From an uncultured Halomonas sp. (lineage in GTDB: Bacteria > Pseudomonadota > Gammaproteobacteria > Pseudomonadales > Halomonadaceae), in contig CAZZCJ010000001.1 in the NCBI GenBank assembly GCA_964652855.1, forward strand, positions 264,916-328,915: a stretch of 64,000 nucleotides of DNA, given 5' to 3'. The notes under the pieces are model-generated. The model saw only the letters and a list, made by a program, of their open reading frames with translations, made no database searches and had not been told where the DNA came from. A program made the position numbers and the translations under genes. The number at the start of each line of letters is the position of its first letter. Positions within the stretch are counted from its first letter, which is position 1. This document shows, in pieces, positions 18,904-27,616 of this stretch.

Positions 18904-19788
18904 ATGCATCTCGCCTCGAGTGCCCGCCGGCTGCTGCGCGACGTCGCCCAGCGGCTGCGTAGCGAACCTGTGGTGCAGAAGTCGCGGGGGAAGGCCCTCG
19001 ACGAGCTGCTGGCCTGGCTCGACGAGTGGCATATCGAGCCGGGGGCGCGCCTCAGCCACGGCGGGCTGCACATCGACCGCGCCCTGCTGGCGCAGATCGA
19101 GGATGCCCTGGCGCTCTCCGGCGACGCCCCGCTGGCCGTCGACCTGGCCGGCCTGAGCAGCGCCGAGCAGGCTCGCCACGGAAACCGCGAGGACAAGGGC
19201 AAGCGGGAGAAGCCGCGCAGGCACCGAGTGCTGGTCAACTTGCCCGACGCGGCGCCGCGGCCAGGCGTTTCCCCAGCGGCGCGGGACGTGCTCGACCTGG
19301 ACCGGCGCCGGCTCGATCTCGCTGCCTTCGATGTGCTCGTGCAGGTCGAGAACCTCGATAGTTTCTATGCGCTGCCTGCCGTGGTGCCGGCGCTGGCCGG
19401 CTGGGCGCGGCCGCTGTGCATCTACCGTGGCGACAAGCACTACGGGGGCGGCTTTGCCGAGCTGGCCAGAGACTGGAACGCCACCGGCAGGGTGCACCTC
19501 TACCTGGGCGACTTCGATGCCAAGGGGGTGGGCATCGCCATCTCGTCGGGCGCGACCCACCTGCTGCTGCCGCCGCTGGCGTGGCTGGCCCAGCGCGCCA
19601 ACGCCGAGCACCTGCCGCCGAAGCAGCAGGAGTACCAGCAGGCCCTGGCCCGGCACCTCGCTGAATTGCCGGCAGGGCACCCGCTGGCCGGCTACCTTGA
19701 AATCCTGCTCCTCGATCAGCGCGGCCTGCGCCAGCAGTGGTTCGGCAGCGAGCTGGCCGGGGTGCCGCTCGGCCAGGGGCCGGGCTGA
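18904..19788 (+). CDS. Toprim-domain protein, 294 aa (JetD/MksG-like nuclease subunit, short form)
   Basis: A GAGGAGG RBS precedes it. The C-terminal half has VLVQVENLDSF (conserved Glu, codon 19348-19350), ...IYRGD..., and LYLGDFDAKGVGIA (DxD, nt 19510-19518), the Toprim E...DxD arrangement seen in JetD/DUF2220 proteins. Confidence 0.65.
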   Translation: MHLASSARRLLRDVAQRLRSEPVVQKSRGKALDELLAWLDEWHIEPGARLSHGGLHIDRALLAQIEDALALSGDAPLAVDLAGLSSAEQARHGNREDKGKREKPRRHRVLVNLPDAAPRPGVSPAARDVLDLDRRRLDLAAFDVLVQVENLDSFYALPAVVPALAGWARPLCIYRGDKHYGGGFAELARDWNATGRVHLYLGDFDAKGVGIAISSGATHLLLPPLAWLAQRANAEHLPPKQQEYQQALARHLAELPAGHPLAGYLEILLLDQRGLRQQWFGSELAGVPLGQGPG

Positions 19789-19794
19789 CCCACC

Positions 19795-19828
19795 AACCCA
19801 CTCAGCCAGAAAACCCACTCAGCCAGAA
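19795..19828. repeat. Perfect tandem duplication of a 17-bp unit
   Basis: AACCCACTCAGCCAGAA occurs twice back to back, between the Toprim gene stop (19788) and the next ATG (19838). Confidence 0.9.
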
Positions 19829-19837
19829 GGTATTGCC

Positions 19838-20143
19838 ATGCATGTGATCATCGACCTTTGCGTGATTCCCCTCGGCGTCGGCGTGTCGGTCTCGCCGCAG
19901 GTCGCGGCCTGCCAGCGGGTGATCGAGGCGTCGGGCCTCACCCACCAGATGCACGCCTACGGAACCAACATCGAGGGGCCATGGGACGAAGTGATGGCGG
20001 TGGTCAAGCGCTGCCACGAGGAGGTGCACGCCATGGGTGCACCGCGCATCACCACCACCATCAAGCTGGGCACGCGCACCGACCGCGAGCAGTCCATGGC
20101 CGACAAGGTGGAGAGCGTCGAAACCAAGCTGCACAAGGCTTGA
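19838..20143 (+). CDS. MTH1187/YkoF-like (UPF0045) thiamine-binding family protein
   Basis: 101 aa: MHVIIDLCVIPLGVGVSVSPQVAACQRVIE...HAYGTNIEGPWDEVM...APRITTTIKLGTRTD. Confidence 0.8.
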   Translation: MHVIIDLCVIPLGVGVSVSPQVAACQRVIEASGLTHQMHAYGTNIEGPWDEVMAVVKRCHEEVHAMGAPRITTTIKLGTRTDREQSMADKVESVETKLHKA

Positions 20144-20209
20144 GCCGTTGATACTCACCGTTCAAGTCACCGCGTTTTTCAGCTTTGAAAGTGCTGGGAG
20201 AGGCGACGT

Positions 20210-21145
20210 CTAAAGACGCGATAGCGGCGTGAGCCAGGCGTCGCCCAGGCGCAGCAGGTGGTCGGTGAGGGCGTCGAGCACCTTGCCCCCCTGGCGCCAG
20301 TAGTGCCAGTAGAGCGGCACGTCAATGACATGGCCGGGCGAGAGGTCGACCAGCCTGCCCTCGGCCAGGTGCGGGCCGGCGTCGATCTCCTGCAGGCGGC
20401 CTTCGCTCAGCTCGCGCTGGGCCTGGCGCTCCGGCACCATGCCGTAGCCGAGTCCGGCCAGGGCCAGGCCGACGAAACCCTCTGACGACGGGCAGAGGTG
20501 GTGGGGAAAGGGCGGCTCCACTCCATGCAGGGCCAGGTAGCGATGCTGCAGGCGGTCGTCGGGGCCGAACACGATGGCCGGCGCCCTGCGCAGTGCCTCG
20601 GCCGTCACGCCGTTGGCGAAATGGTGTGCCACGAAGGTGGGACTGGCCAGGGCGCGATAGCGCATGCTGCCCAGCGGATGGCTGCGCGCCCCCTGCACAG
20701 GCGTGGGCGAGTCGCAGATGCAGCCGGCCACGTCGCCGTCGCGCATGCGCTTGAGCGCCACTTCCTGATCCTCGACGACCAGATCGAATAGCACTGGATG
20801 TTGCTTGCAGAAGCGCCCAATGGCCTCCGGCCACCAGGTGGCCAGGCTGTCGGCGTTGATCGCCAGGCGCAGTCGCTGCTCGCCGCTGCCGAGCGCCGGG
20901 ACTTCCCCCAGCAGGTCGCTTTCCAGCAGCCGCACCTGCTGGGCATGGTTGAGCAGCCGCCGACCCAGCGGCGTGGGGGCGAGCCGTGGGCTGCGCACCA
21001 GCACCGGCTGGCCCAGGCGCGCCTCGAGCAGTTTGACGCGCTGTGACACCGCCGACTGGGTCAGCCCCAGATGGCGGGCGCCACGCTCGAAACCGCCATG
21101 GTCGAGCACCGCCATCAGGGCTTCGAGCAGCTTGTAATCGAGCAT
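20210..21145 (-). CDS. argP: LysR-family transcriptional regulator ArgP (IciA)
   Basis: The N-terminal HTH is MLDYKLLEALMAVLDHGGFERGARHLGLTQSAVSQRVKLLE. It is divergent from an ArgO/LysE exporter gene. Confidence 0.85.
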   Translation of the reverse strand: MLDYKLLEALMAVLDHGGFERGARHLGLTQSAVSQRVKLLEARLGQPVLVRSPRLAPTPLGRRLLNHAQQVRLLESDLLGEVPALGSGEQRLRLAINADSLATWWPEAIGRFCKQHPVLFDLVVEDQEVALKRMRDGDVAGCICDSPTPVQGARSHPLGSMRYRALASPTFVAHHFANGVTAEALRRAPAIVFGPDDRLQHRYLALHGVEPPFPHHLCPSSEGFVGLALAGLGYGMVPERQAQRELSEGRLQEIDAGPHLAEGRLVDLSPGHVIDVPLYWHYWRQGGKVLDALTDHLLRLGDAWLTPLSRL

Positions 21146-21251
21146 AAGTCTTGCTTATCCCCCAGTTGATTTATTCATTTCTCTTATGAATTTGGCGAGC
21201 TTAGCCTTGGCGGCACGAGTCGTCCAATCAATCGTCGAGGAGAAAGACGCC

Positions 21252-21860
21252 ATGTGGCTGTCGTGGCTTAACGGGCTGTTGATCTGCGCCGGGCTGATCG
21301 TGGCCATCGGTGCCCAGAACGCCTTCGTGTTGCAGCAGAGCCTGCGTCGTCAGCACGCCTGGCTGGTGGCGGGCATCTGTGCGCTATGCGACTGGCTGCT
21401 GGTGGGCATCGGCGTGCTGGGGTTGGGCGTGCTGATCGCCCAGCAGGAAGCACTGATGGAGGCGGCGCGCTGGGCCGGCGCTTCCTTCCTGGCCTGGCAG
21501 GCGTGGCTTGCGCTGCGGCGGGCCCTGGTCGGTCAGGCGCTGGCGGCAGGAGGCGGCAGTGTGCAGTCCTGGCGGGCTGCGCTGGCGGCAACCCTGGCCG
21601 TGACCTTGCTCAATCCGCAGGTCTATCTGGAAACGGTGGTCCTGCTCGGCGCCATCGGTGCGGTGCAGTCAAGCCCGCTGGGCTTCTTCATCGGTGCGGC
21701 CATGGCCTCGTTCGGCTGGTTCTTCGGCCTGGCGGCAGCAGCGGGCTGGCTGGCGCCCCGGTTGGCCAGTGTGCGGGTCTGGCGGGTGATCGACCTGCTG
21801 ATCGGTGCCATCCTGGCTTGGGTGGCGTGGCGCCTGGCCAGCGGTGCCATGCTGCCGTGA
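21252..21860 (+). CDS. argO: LysE/ArgO family basic amino-acid exporter
   Basis: Begins MWLSWLNGLLICAGLIVAIGAQNAFVLQQSL... and has six hydrophobic segments. The ATG at 21252 has a GAGGAG RBS and is preferred over 21186. Confidence 0.8.
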   Translation: MWLSWLNGLLICAGLIVAIGAQNAFVLQQSLRRQHAWLVAGICALCDWLLVGIGVLGLGVLIAQQEALMEAARWAGASFLAWQAWLALRRALVGQALAAGGGSVQSWRAALAATLAVTLLNPQVYLETVVLLGAIGAVQSSPLGFFIGAAMASFGWFFGLAAAAGWLAPRLASVRVWRVIDLLIGAILAWVAWRLASGAMLP

Positions 21861-21880
21861 TGGGGGCGCTAGCGGCTTGC

Positions 21881-21898
21881 CGTAACGTTTTTCTTACG
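21881..21898. promoter_or_regulatory. TyrR/PhhR-box-like palindrome upstream of hpd (copy 1)
   Basis: CGTAACGTTTTTCTTACG has a GTAA-N8-TTAC core. It could alternatively act as a hairpin after argO. Confidence 0.4.
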
Positions 21899-21952
21899 GC
21901 GTGTCACGCTGGCGCACCGCCCGCAGGGCCGCCGTATCGCCCACGGCGAGGG

Positions 21953-21970
21953 CGTCAAGTTTTCCTTACG
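21953..21970. promoter_or_regulatory. TyrR/PhhR-box-like site upstream of hpd (copy 2)
   Basis: CGTCAAGTTTTCCTTACG is near-identical to copy 1, with starts 72 bp apart. Confidence 0.4.
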
Positions 21971-22148
21971 CATAGCCGTTGGCCTGGGCCTTCCGGCGGG
22001 CCCTATTGCCGGGTGTGCGGCATTTCGACGGGGGAGGGGGCGCAGTAAGCTGCTATCAGGTGTCGGCCCGCTGATGTGCCGAACGTAACCTGACGCAGCG
22101 ACTGTACTCACTGCGCATACATAACAACGCTAAACCCCTGGAGGAACC

Positions 22149-23249
22149 ATGAACGCACCCGCCAAGACCGTCTCCCCGATCACCCGAGACAACCCCATCG
22201 GCACCAACGGCTTCGAGTTCGTCGAGTACAGCGCCCCCACCGCCGAGGGCATCGAGGCGCTGCGTGCGCTGTTCACCCGCATGGGTTTCACCGAAACCCG
22301 CAAGCACCGCTCCAAGCAGGTGTTCCTGTTCCAGCAGGAGAACGTCAACTTCGTGCTCAACGCCGAGCCCGACAGCCACGCCGCCGAGTTCGCCCGCGTG
22401 CACGGTCCCTCTGCCTGTGCGATGGCCTGGAAGGTGGCCGACGCCCGGCAAGCCTTCGAATACGCCCTGGCCCACGGCGCCGAGGCGGTGGAGAATCCGG
22501 TCGGCCCCGGCGAGGTGGGTATCCCGGCGGTGCGCGGCATCGGCGGCTCGCTGCTCTACTTCGTCGACCACAAGGTCGACAGCCAGGGGCGCAGCATCTA
22601 CGACATCGACTTCGAACCGATTGCCGGCCGTTCGCCCAACGACAACAGCGTCGGCCTCAGGGTGCTCGACCACCTGACCCACAACGTCGACCGCGGCCAG
22701 ATGGATGTCTGGGCCGATTTCTACACCGAGATCGCCAACTTCCGCGAGAACCGCTACTTCGACATCAAGGGCAAGAAGACCGGCCTGCACTCCCGCGCCA
22801 TGACCGCGCCGTGCGGCAAGATGCACATCCCGATCAACGAGTCGGCCGACGATACCTCGCAGATCGCCGAGTTCCTGCGCGAGTACAATGGCGAGGGCAT
22901 CCAGCACCTGGCCATGGCGACCGACGACATCTACGCCACCGTGCGCGCCCTGCGCGACAACGGCGTGACCTTCCTGACCACCCCGGACACCTACTACGAG
23001 AAGGTCGATGCCCGCGTGCCCAACCACGAGGAGAACGTCGAGGACCTGCGCGAGCTGAGCCTGCTGATCGACGGCGGCCCGGACGAAGGCGTGCTGCTGC
23101 AGATCTTCACCGAAACGGTGATCGGCCCGATCTTCTTCGAGATCATCCAGCGCAAGGGCAACGACGGTTTCGGCGAGGGCAACTTCAAGGCCCTGTTCGA
23201 ATCCATCGAAGAGGACCAGATTCGCCGCGGCGTGCTCAAGGACGACTGA
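22149..23249 (+). CDS. hpd: 4-hydroxyphenylpyruvate dioxygenase
   Basis: 366 aa: NPIGTNGFEFVEYSAP..., GIQHLAMATDDIY, LLQIFTE...IFFEIIQRKG..GFGEGNFKALFESIE. Confidence 0.95.
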   Translation: MNAPAKTVSPITRDNPIGTNGFEFVEYSAPTAEGIEALRALFTRMGFTETRKHRSKQVFLFQQENVNFVLNAEPDSHAAEFARVHGPSACAMAWKVADARQAFEYALAHGAEAVENPVGPGEVGIPAVRGIGGSLLYFVDHKVDSQGRSIYDIDFEPIAGRSPNDNSVGLRVLDHLTHNVDRGQMDVWADFYTEIANFRENRYFDIKGKKTGLHSRAMTAPCGKMHIPINESADDTSQIAEFLREYNGEGIQHLAMATDDIYATVRALRDNGVTFLTTPDTYYEKVDARVPNHEENVEDLRELSLLIDGGPDEGVLLQIFTETVIGPIFFEIIQRKGNDGFGEGNFKALFESIEEDQIRRGVLKDD

Positions 23250-23256
23250 CCCCAAG

Positions 23257-23287
23257 GCGGCTCCCGGGTACGACGGGAGCCGCTTTT
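23257..23287 (+). terminator. hpd rho-independent terminator
   Basis: GCGGCTCCCG-GGTACGA-CGGGAGCCGC followed by TTTTCATT. Confidence 0.8.
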
Positions 23288-23411
23288 CATTCTGGGCGGC
23301 AGAATGAAATCCTGAACACCTGACCTGATACAAGAAATTGGCGTTGCATGCTCGGCATTGGGCCGGGCATATTGCTGCGTCGATTCAGAACAACGACTCC
23401 CCGGGTGACTG

Positions 23412-24872
23412 ATGACTACCGAGCAACAACCCCGTGTCCAGTGGCTAGGCCGCTGGGGCTTCGTGCTGGCGGCGACCGGCTCCGCCGTCGGCCTGGGCAA
23501 TATCTGGAAGTTCCCCTACATGACCGGAGAGCACGGCGGCGGCGCCTTCGTGCTGGTCTACCTGGCCTGCATCCTGGCGGTGGGCGTGCCGGTGATGATG
23601 ACCGAGATCGCCTTCGGCCGGCGCGGGCGGGGCAGCCCCATCGACGCGGTGCGTCGGGTGGTGAGCGAATCCGGGCGCTCCTCGGCCTGGTCGCTGCTGG
23701 GCTGGATGGCGATGCTGGCCGGCTTCATGATCCTGTCGTTCTACGTGGTGGTGGCCGGCTGGTCGTTCTCCTACCTGTGGAAGATGGTGACCGGCGGCCT
23801 GGCGGGAAGCGGCGTCGACGACATGGTGGCGATCTTCGTCGCCAACAACGAGAATCCGCTCAATCTCGGTTTCTGGAGCACTCTTGTGACCCTTGCCACC
23901 ATGCTGATCGTCGGCAAGGGGGTGCAGGGCGGCATCGAGCGCAGCGTGAGCTGGATGATGCCGGGCATGGTGGTCATGCTGCTGATCCTGATCGGCTACG
24001 GAGTGTTCTCGGGCGGCTTCGGCGAAGCCTGGCGCTTCCTATTCTCGTTCAATGCGGGCAGCCTGTCGAGCGAGGGCATGCTGGCGGCGCTGGGGCACGC
24101 CTTCTTCACCCTGTCGCTGGCCTCCGGCGCCATCCTCACCTACGGCAGCTACCTGCCGGCGCGGGCCTCCATCGCCCGTACCACCTTCACCGTGGCGGCT
24201 GCCGATACCTTGGTGGCGCTGATGGCGGGGCTGGCGATCTTCCCCATCATCTTCGCCAACGGCATGAGCCCGGAGGGCGGCCCTGGGCTGCTGTTCATGA
24301 GCCTGCCGCTGGCGTTCCAGGCCATGCCGCTGGGCACGCTGTTCGGCATCCTGTTCTTCGTGATGCTCTCCATGGCGGCGCTGACCTCGTCGATCTCCAT
24401 GGTCGAGGCCACGGTCTCCTGGCTGGTCGACAACAAGGGCATCACGCGGCGTACCGCGGCCTGGGGCACCGGGATCGTGCTGTGGTCGATCAGCACCCTG
24501 GCGATGCTGTCGTTCAACCTGGGGGCCGACTGGACCCTGGCGGGACGCCACTTCTTCGACTGGCTCGACTACCTGACCTCGCGCTGGATGATGCCGCTGG
24601 GCGGCCTGGGCATGGCGCTGCTGGCCGGCTTCGTGCTCAAGAGCGAGAGCTTCCGCGAGGAGCTGGGCCTGGCGCCGCACTGGCACGCCCTGTGGCTGTT
24701 CATGGTGCGCTACGTCAGCCCGCTGGGCATCCTGGTGATCTTCGTCGATGCGCTGGGGATCGCCCGCGTCGAGTTCGGCATGCACTGGCCGTGGCTGCTG
24801 GCCGCGCTGGCGCTGGTCACGCTGGTGGGCGAAGCGGCAAGCCCCAGGCTGCGGCGCACTCTGGCCGGCTGA
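23412..24872 (+). CDS. Sodium-dependent transporter, NSS (SNF) family
   Basis: GSAVGLGNIWKFPYMTGEHGGGAFV is the NSS signature. There are about 11-12 hydrophobic segments. Confidence 0.9.
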   Translation: MTTEQQPRVQWLGRWGFVLAATGSAVGLGNIWKFPYMTGEHGGGAFVLVYLACILAVGVPVMMTEIAFGRRGRGSPIDAVRRVVSESGRSSAWSLLGWMAMLAGFMILSFYVVVAGWSFSYLWKMVTGGLAGSGVDDMVAIFVANNENPLNLGFWSTLVTLATMLIVGKGVQGGIERSVSWMMPGMVVMLLILIGYGVFSGGFGEAWRFLFSFNAGSLSSEGMLAALGHAFFTLSLASGAILTYGSYLPARASIARTTFTVAAADTLVALMAGLAIFPIIFANGMSPEGGPGLLFMSLPLAFQAMPLGTLFGILFFVMLSMAALTSSISMVEATVSWLVDNKGITRRTAAWGTGIVLWSISTLAMLSFNLGADWTLAGRHFFDWLDYLTSRWMMPLGGLGMALLAGFVLKSESFREELGLAPHWHALWLFMVRYVSPLGILVIFVDALGIARVEFGMHWPWLLAALALVTLVGEAASPRLRRTLAG

Positions 24873-24956
24873 AGGCAGGCTTGCCCCGCCGGGGCAAGCC
24901 GCCTCGTGTCGAACCGGTGGTCATGCGACAATGACGGCTCTGTACGCTCCGAGCGC

Positions 24957-26672
24957 ATGACCATGCCTTCCCCCCGCAGCGAATCCATTGCCGAGCTCCA
25001 GCGCCTGCGTCGCGGTCGTCCGCGGCGCGGCTGGCTCATGCGCAGCTTCCGCCTGCAGGTGATGCTGCTGGTTGGCGTGCTGCTGGCCGGCATGCTGCTG
25101 GCGCAGGGGGCCTACCTCAACCATCGCAAGGCCGAGATCATCAGCCAGCAGATGGGGGAAAGGGCGCTGGCCGTGGCGCTCAGCGTGGCGAACATCCCCG
25201 AGCTGGTCGCCGCCTTCGACGACCCCGATCCCAGCGCCACCATCCAGCCCATCGCCGAACGCATTCGCCGCGAAACCGGGGCGCGCTACGTGGTGGTGGG
25301 CAACACCGAGAGCCTGCGCTACTCCCACCCCTTGCCGGACCGCCTGGGCTTGCCGATGGTGGGCGGTGACAACGACCGGGCGCTGCTGCACGGCGAATCC
25401 TATATCTCCGAGGCGACCGGTTCGCTGGGCGAGGCGATGCGCGGCAAGACGCCGGTCTTCGATGTCGAGGGCAACATCATCGGCATCGTCTCGGTGGGCT
25501 TCATGCTCGACCGCGTGGCGCTGGATGTCGGCGAGCACACCAGCCTCGGCTGGTGGCTGGTGGCGCTGATGATCCTGCTGGGCTTCGCCGGTGCCTACGG
25601 CCTGTCGCGCCACCTGAAGAAGGTGATCCTCGGGCTCGAGCCCTACGAGATCGCGCGCCTGGCCATGGAGAAGGAGGCCATCCTGCAGTCGATCCACGAG
25701 GGCATCCTGGCCATCAACCGCGACGGCCAGATCACCCTGGTCAACCAGCAGGCGCGGCGCTTCCTGCGGCTGCCCCCGGCCGAGCAGGTGCTGGGCCAGC
25801 CGATCCAGGAGGTGGTGCCCAATTCGCGGCTGCTGGAGGTGCTGGAGAGCGGCGAGCGGCAGTTCGACCAGGAGATGTGGCTCGGCGACCATCCGGTGGT
25901 GGTCAACCGGGTGCCGGTTCGCGGCAGCGGGGAGATCGAGGGGGCGGTGGCGACCTTCCGCAGCCGTCGCGAGATCGTCGACCTCTCCAACGCGCTGAGT
26001 GCCGCCAGCCGCGACGTGGACACCCTGCGCGCCCAGGCGCATGAATACTCCAACAAGCTCTACACCATTTCGGGCCTGCTCCAGCTCGATCGCGTTTCGG
26101 ATGCCCTGGCGCTGATCCATCACGAGACCCAGCGCCAGCAGGCGCAGATGAACTTCCTGATGAAGCAGGTGGGCGACCCGGTGATCAGCGGCACGCTGCT
26201 CGGCAAGCTGACCCGGGCCAGCGAGCTGGGCGTGACGCTGGAGATCGACGAGCAGAGCTCCCTGGCCGCACCCCTCACGGTGACGGGCCAGGAGGTGGTG
26301 ATGACCGTCATCGGCAACCTGCTGGACAACGCCTGCCACGCCGCGCTGCAGCCGGGGCACGGCCAGCCCAGGGTGCGGCTGTTCTTCACCGACCTTGGCG
26401 AGCAGCTGCTGATCGAGGTCGAGGACAATGGCCCCGGGGTGCCGCCGGAGCACGTCGAGAGGATCTTCGAGGAGGGTTTCTCCACCAAGCCGGGCAAGCA
26501 CCGCGGTATCGGCCTGGCCCTGGTGGCGCAGCTGTGTCGCGACCACGGCGGCGCCATCACCCTGGAGGAGAGCGAGCTGGGCGGTGCCTGCTTCACCGTG
26601 GTGCTCGACCGTTCGCTGTGCAGGACGCCCTGTGCTGCGACGCCCGCCCAGCCGATGCCGCGCCTGAACTAA
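24957..26672 (+). CDS. Sensor histidine kinase, DcuS/CitA family
   Basis: Two TM segments flank a periplasmic Cache/PDC-like domain, then a PAS segment, the phospho-acceptor box AQAHEYSNKLYTISGLLQL, and an HATPase domain (DNGPGVP, GIGLALV). The start is uncertain (24957, 24963 or 25038). Confidence 0.85.
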   Translation: MTMPSPRSESIAELQRLRRGRPRRGWLMRSFRLQVMLLVGVLLAGMLLAQGAYLNHRKAEIISQQMGERALAVALSVANIPELVAAFDDPDPSATIQPIAERIRRETGARYVVVGNTESLRYSHPLPDRLGLPMVGGDNDRALLHGESYISEATGSLGEAMRGKTPVFDVEGNIIGIVSVGFMLDRVALDVGEHTSLGWWLVALMILLGFAGAYGLSRHLKKVILGLEPYEIARLAMEKEAILQSIHEGILAINRDGQITLVNQQARRFLRLPPAEQVLGQPIQEVVPNSRLLEVLESGERQFDQEMWLGDHPVVVNRVPVRGSGEIEGAVATFRSRREIVDLSNALSAASRDVDTLRAQAHEYSNKLYTISGLLQLDRVSDALALIHHETQRQQAQMNFLMKQVGDPVISGTLLGKLTRASELGVTLEIDEQSSLAAPLTVTGQEVVMTVIGNLLDNACHAALQPGHGQPRVRLFFTDLGEQLLIEVEDNGPGVPPEHVERIFEEGFSTKPGKHRGIGLALVAQLCRDHGGAITLEESELGGACFTVVLDRSLCRTPCAATPAQPMPRLN

Positions 26673-26705
26673 CAAGCACAACGACGCCGCCACAGGGGAG
26701 ACGCG

Positions 26706-27452
26706 ATGACACCCACCGACAGCCCGCACGCCTGTTACGGCATCCTCATCGTCGAGGATGACTTTCGCATTGCCGACATTCACCGTGCCTTCATCGAGCA
26801 GAGCGACGGGTTTCGCGTGGTGGGGATCGCTGCCAACGGCACCGAGGCGCGCCAGCTCATGGCCCGCCACGGCGACGAGGTGCAGCTTGTCTTGCTCGAC
26901 GCCTACCTGCCCGATGTCGAGGGGCTGGAGCTGCTGTGGCAGCTGCGCCGCGACTACCTGCATGCCGACATCGTGATGGTCACCGCGGCGCGGGAGGTGG
27001 ATACCATCTCCGAGGCGCTGCGCGGCGGCGTCTTCGACTACCTGATCAAGCCGGCGGAAGCCTCGCGCATGGCGCAGATGCTGGCACGCTTTCGCCGCGA
27101 GCGGGCGGCCCTGGCGGGGCGCAGCGAGATGAGCCAGGAAGAACTCGACCGGGCGCTGGCCAGGCTGCGCCCGGAGCATGGCGCCACGGCGGGGGCGCGA
27201 AGCCTGCCCAAGGGGATCGACCGGCTGACGCTGAGGGCCGTGGTCGCGGCCCTGGAGGCGGCGCGCGAGCCGCTGGCCGCGATGCAGGTGGCGCGCGTCA
27301 TGGGCGCGAGCCGCTCCACGGCGCGCCGCTACCTTGAATTCCTGGTCTCGGTTCAGGTGGTCAGCGCTGAACTGGGCTACGGTGATGTGGGAAGACCGGA
27401 ACGCCGCTATCGGCTGACCGGCGATGTGACGGCCTGGTGCGACGAGGGTTGA
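26706..27452 (+). CDS. Response regulator, CitB/DcuR family
   Basis: A receiver domain (ILIVEDDFRIADIH..., LLDAYLPD) with a C-terminal HTH. It lies directly downstream of the kinase. Confidence 0.85.
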   Translation: MTPTDSPHACYGILIVEDDFRIADIHRAFIEQSDGFRVVGIAANGTEARQLMARHGDEVQLVLLDAYLPDVEGLELLWQLRRDYLHADIVMVTAAREVDTISEALRGGVFDYLIKPAEASRMAQMLARFRRERAALAGRSEMSQEELDRALARLRPEHGATAGARSLPKGIDRLTLRAVVAALEAAREPLAAMQVARVMGASRSTARRYLEFLVSVQVVSAELGYGDVGRPERRYRLTGDVTAWCDEG

Positions 27453-27616
27453 AGCTGTCCGTGAGCACAATGCACAAAATGCCCATAACGAACAATTTAT
27501 CGTTTATGGTCAAAAGCTTGTCGTCTCCTGTGGGCATCTTCTAACGTTCACGGCGTATGCGGGCAGAGACCCGCCGTCACCACAGCACAACAACACGACA
27601 GTTCCAGGAGTACGCC

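Noticed and set aside
13884-19818. Long antisense ORFs (547 aa at 13884-15527, 365 aa at 15705-16802, 749 aa at 17569-19818) inside the SMC/Toprim operon
   Set aside because: They lie opposite strongly periodic coding sequence and have a shadow-ORF composition (L/A/G/R/Q runs mirroring the coiled coil). No RBS or start context supports them.
19838-20143. MTH1187/YkoF-like gene as a fifth component of the SMC/Toprim system
   Set aside because: It is a widespread small housekeeping-type family, separated by a spacer with its own probable RBS. There is no functional logic or evidence beyond adjacency, though co-transcription cannot be excluded.
24921-27470. 849-aa antisense ORF over the DcuS-like kinase and regulator genes
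   Set aside because: It is a shadow frame of two motif-supported genes.
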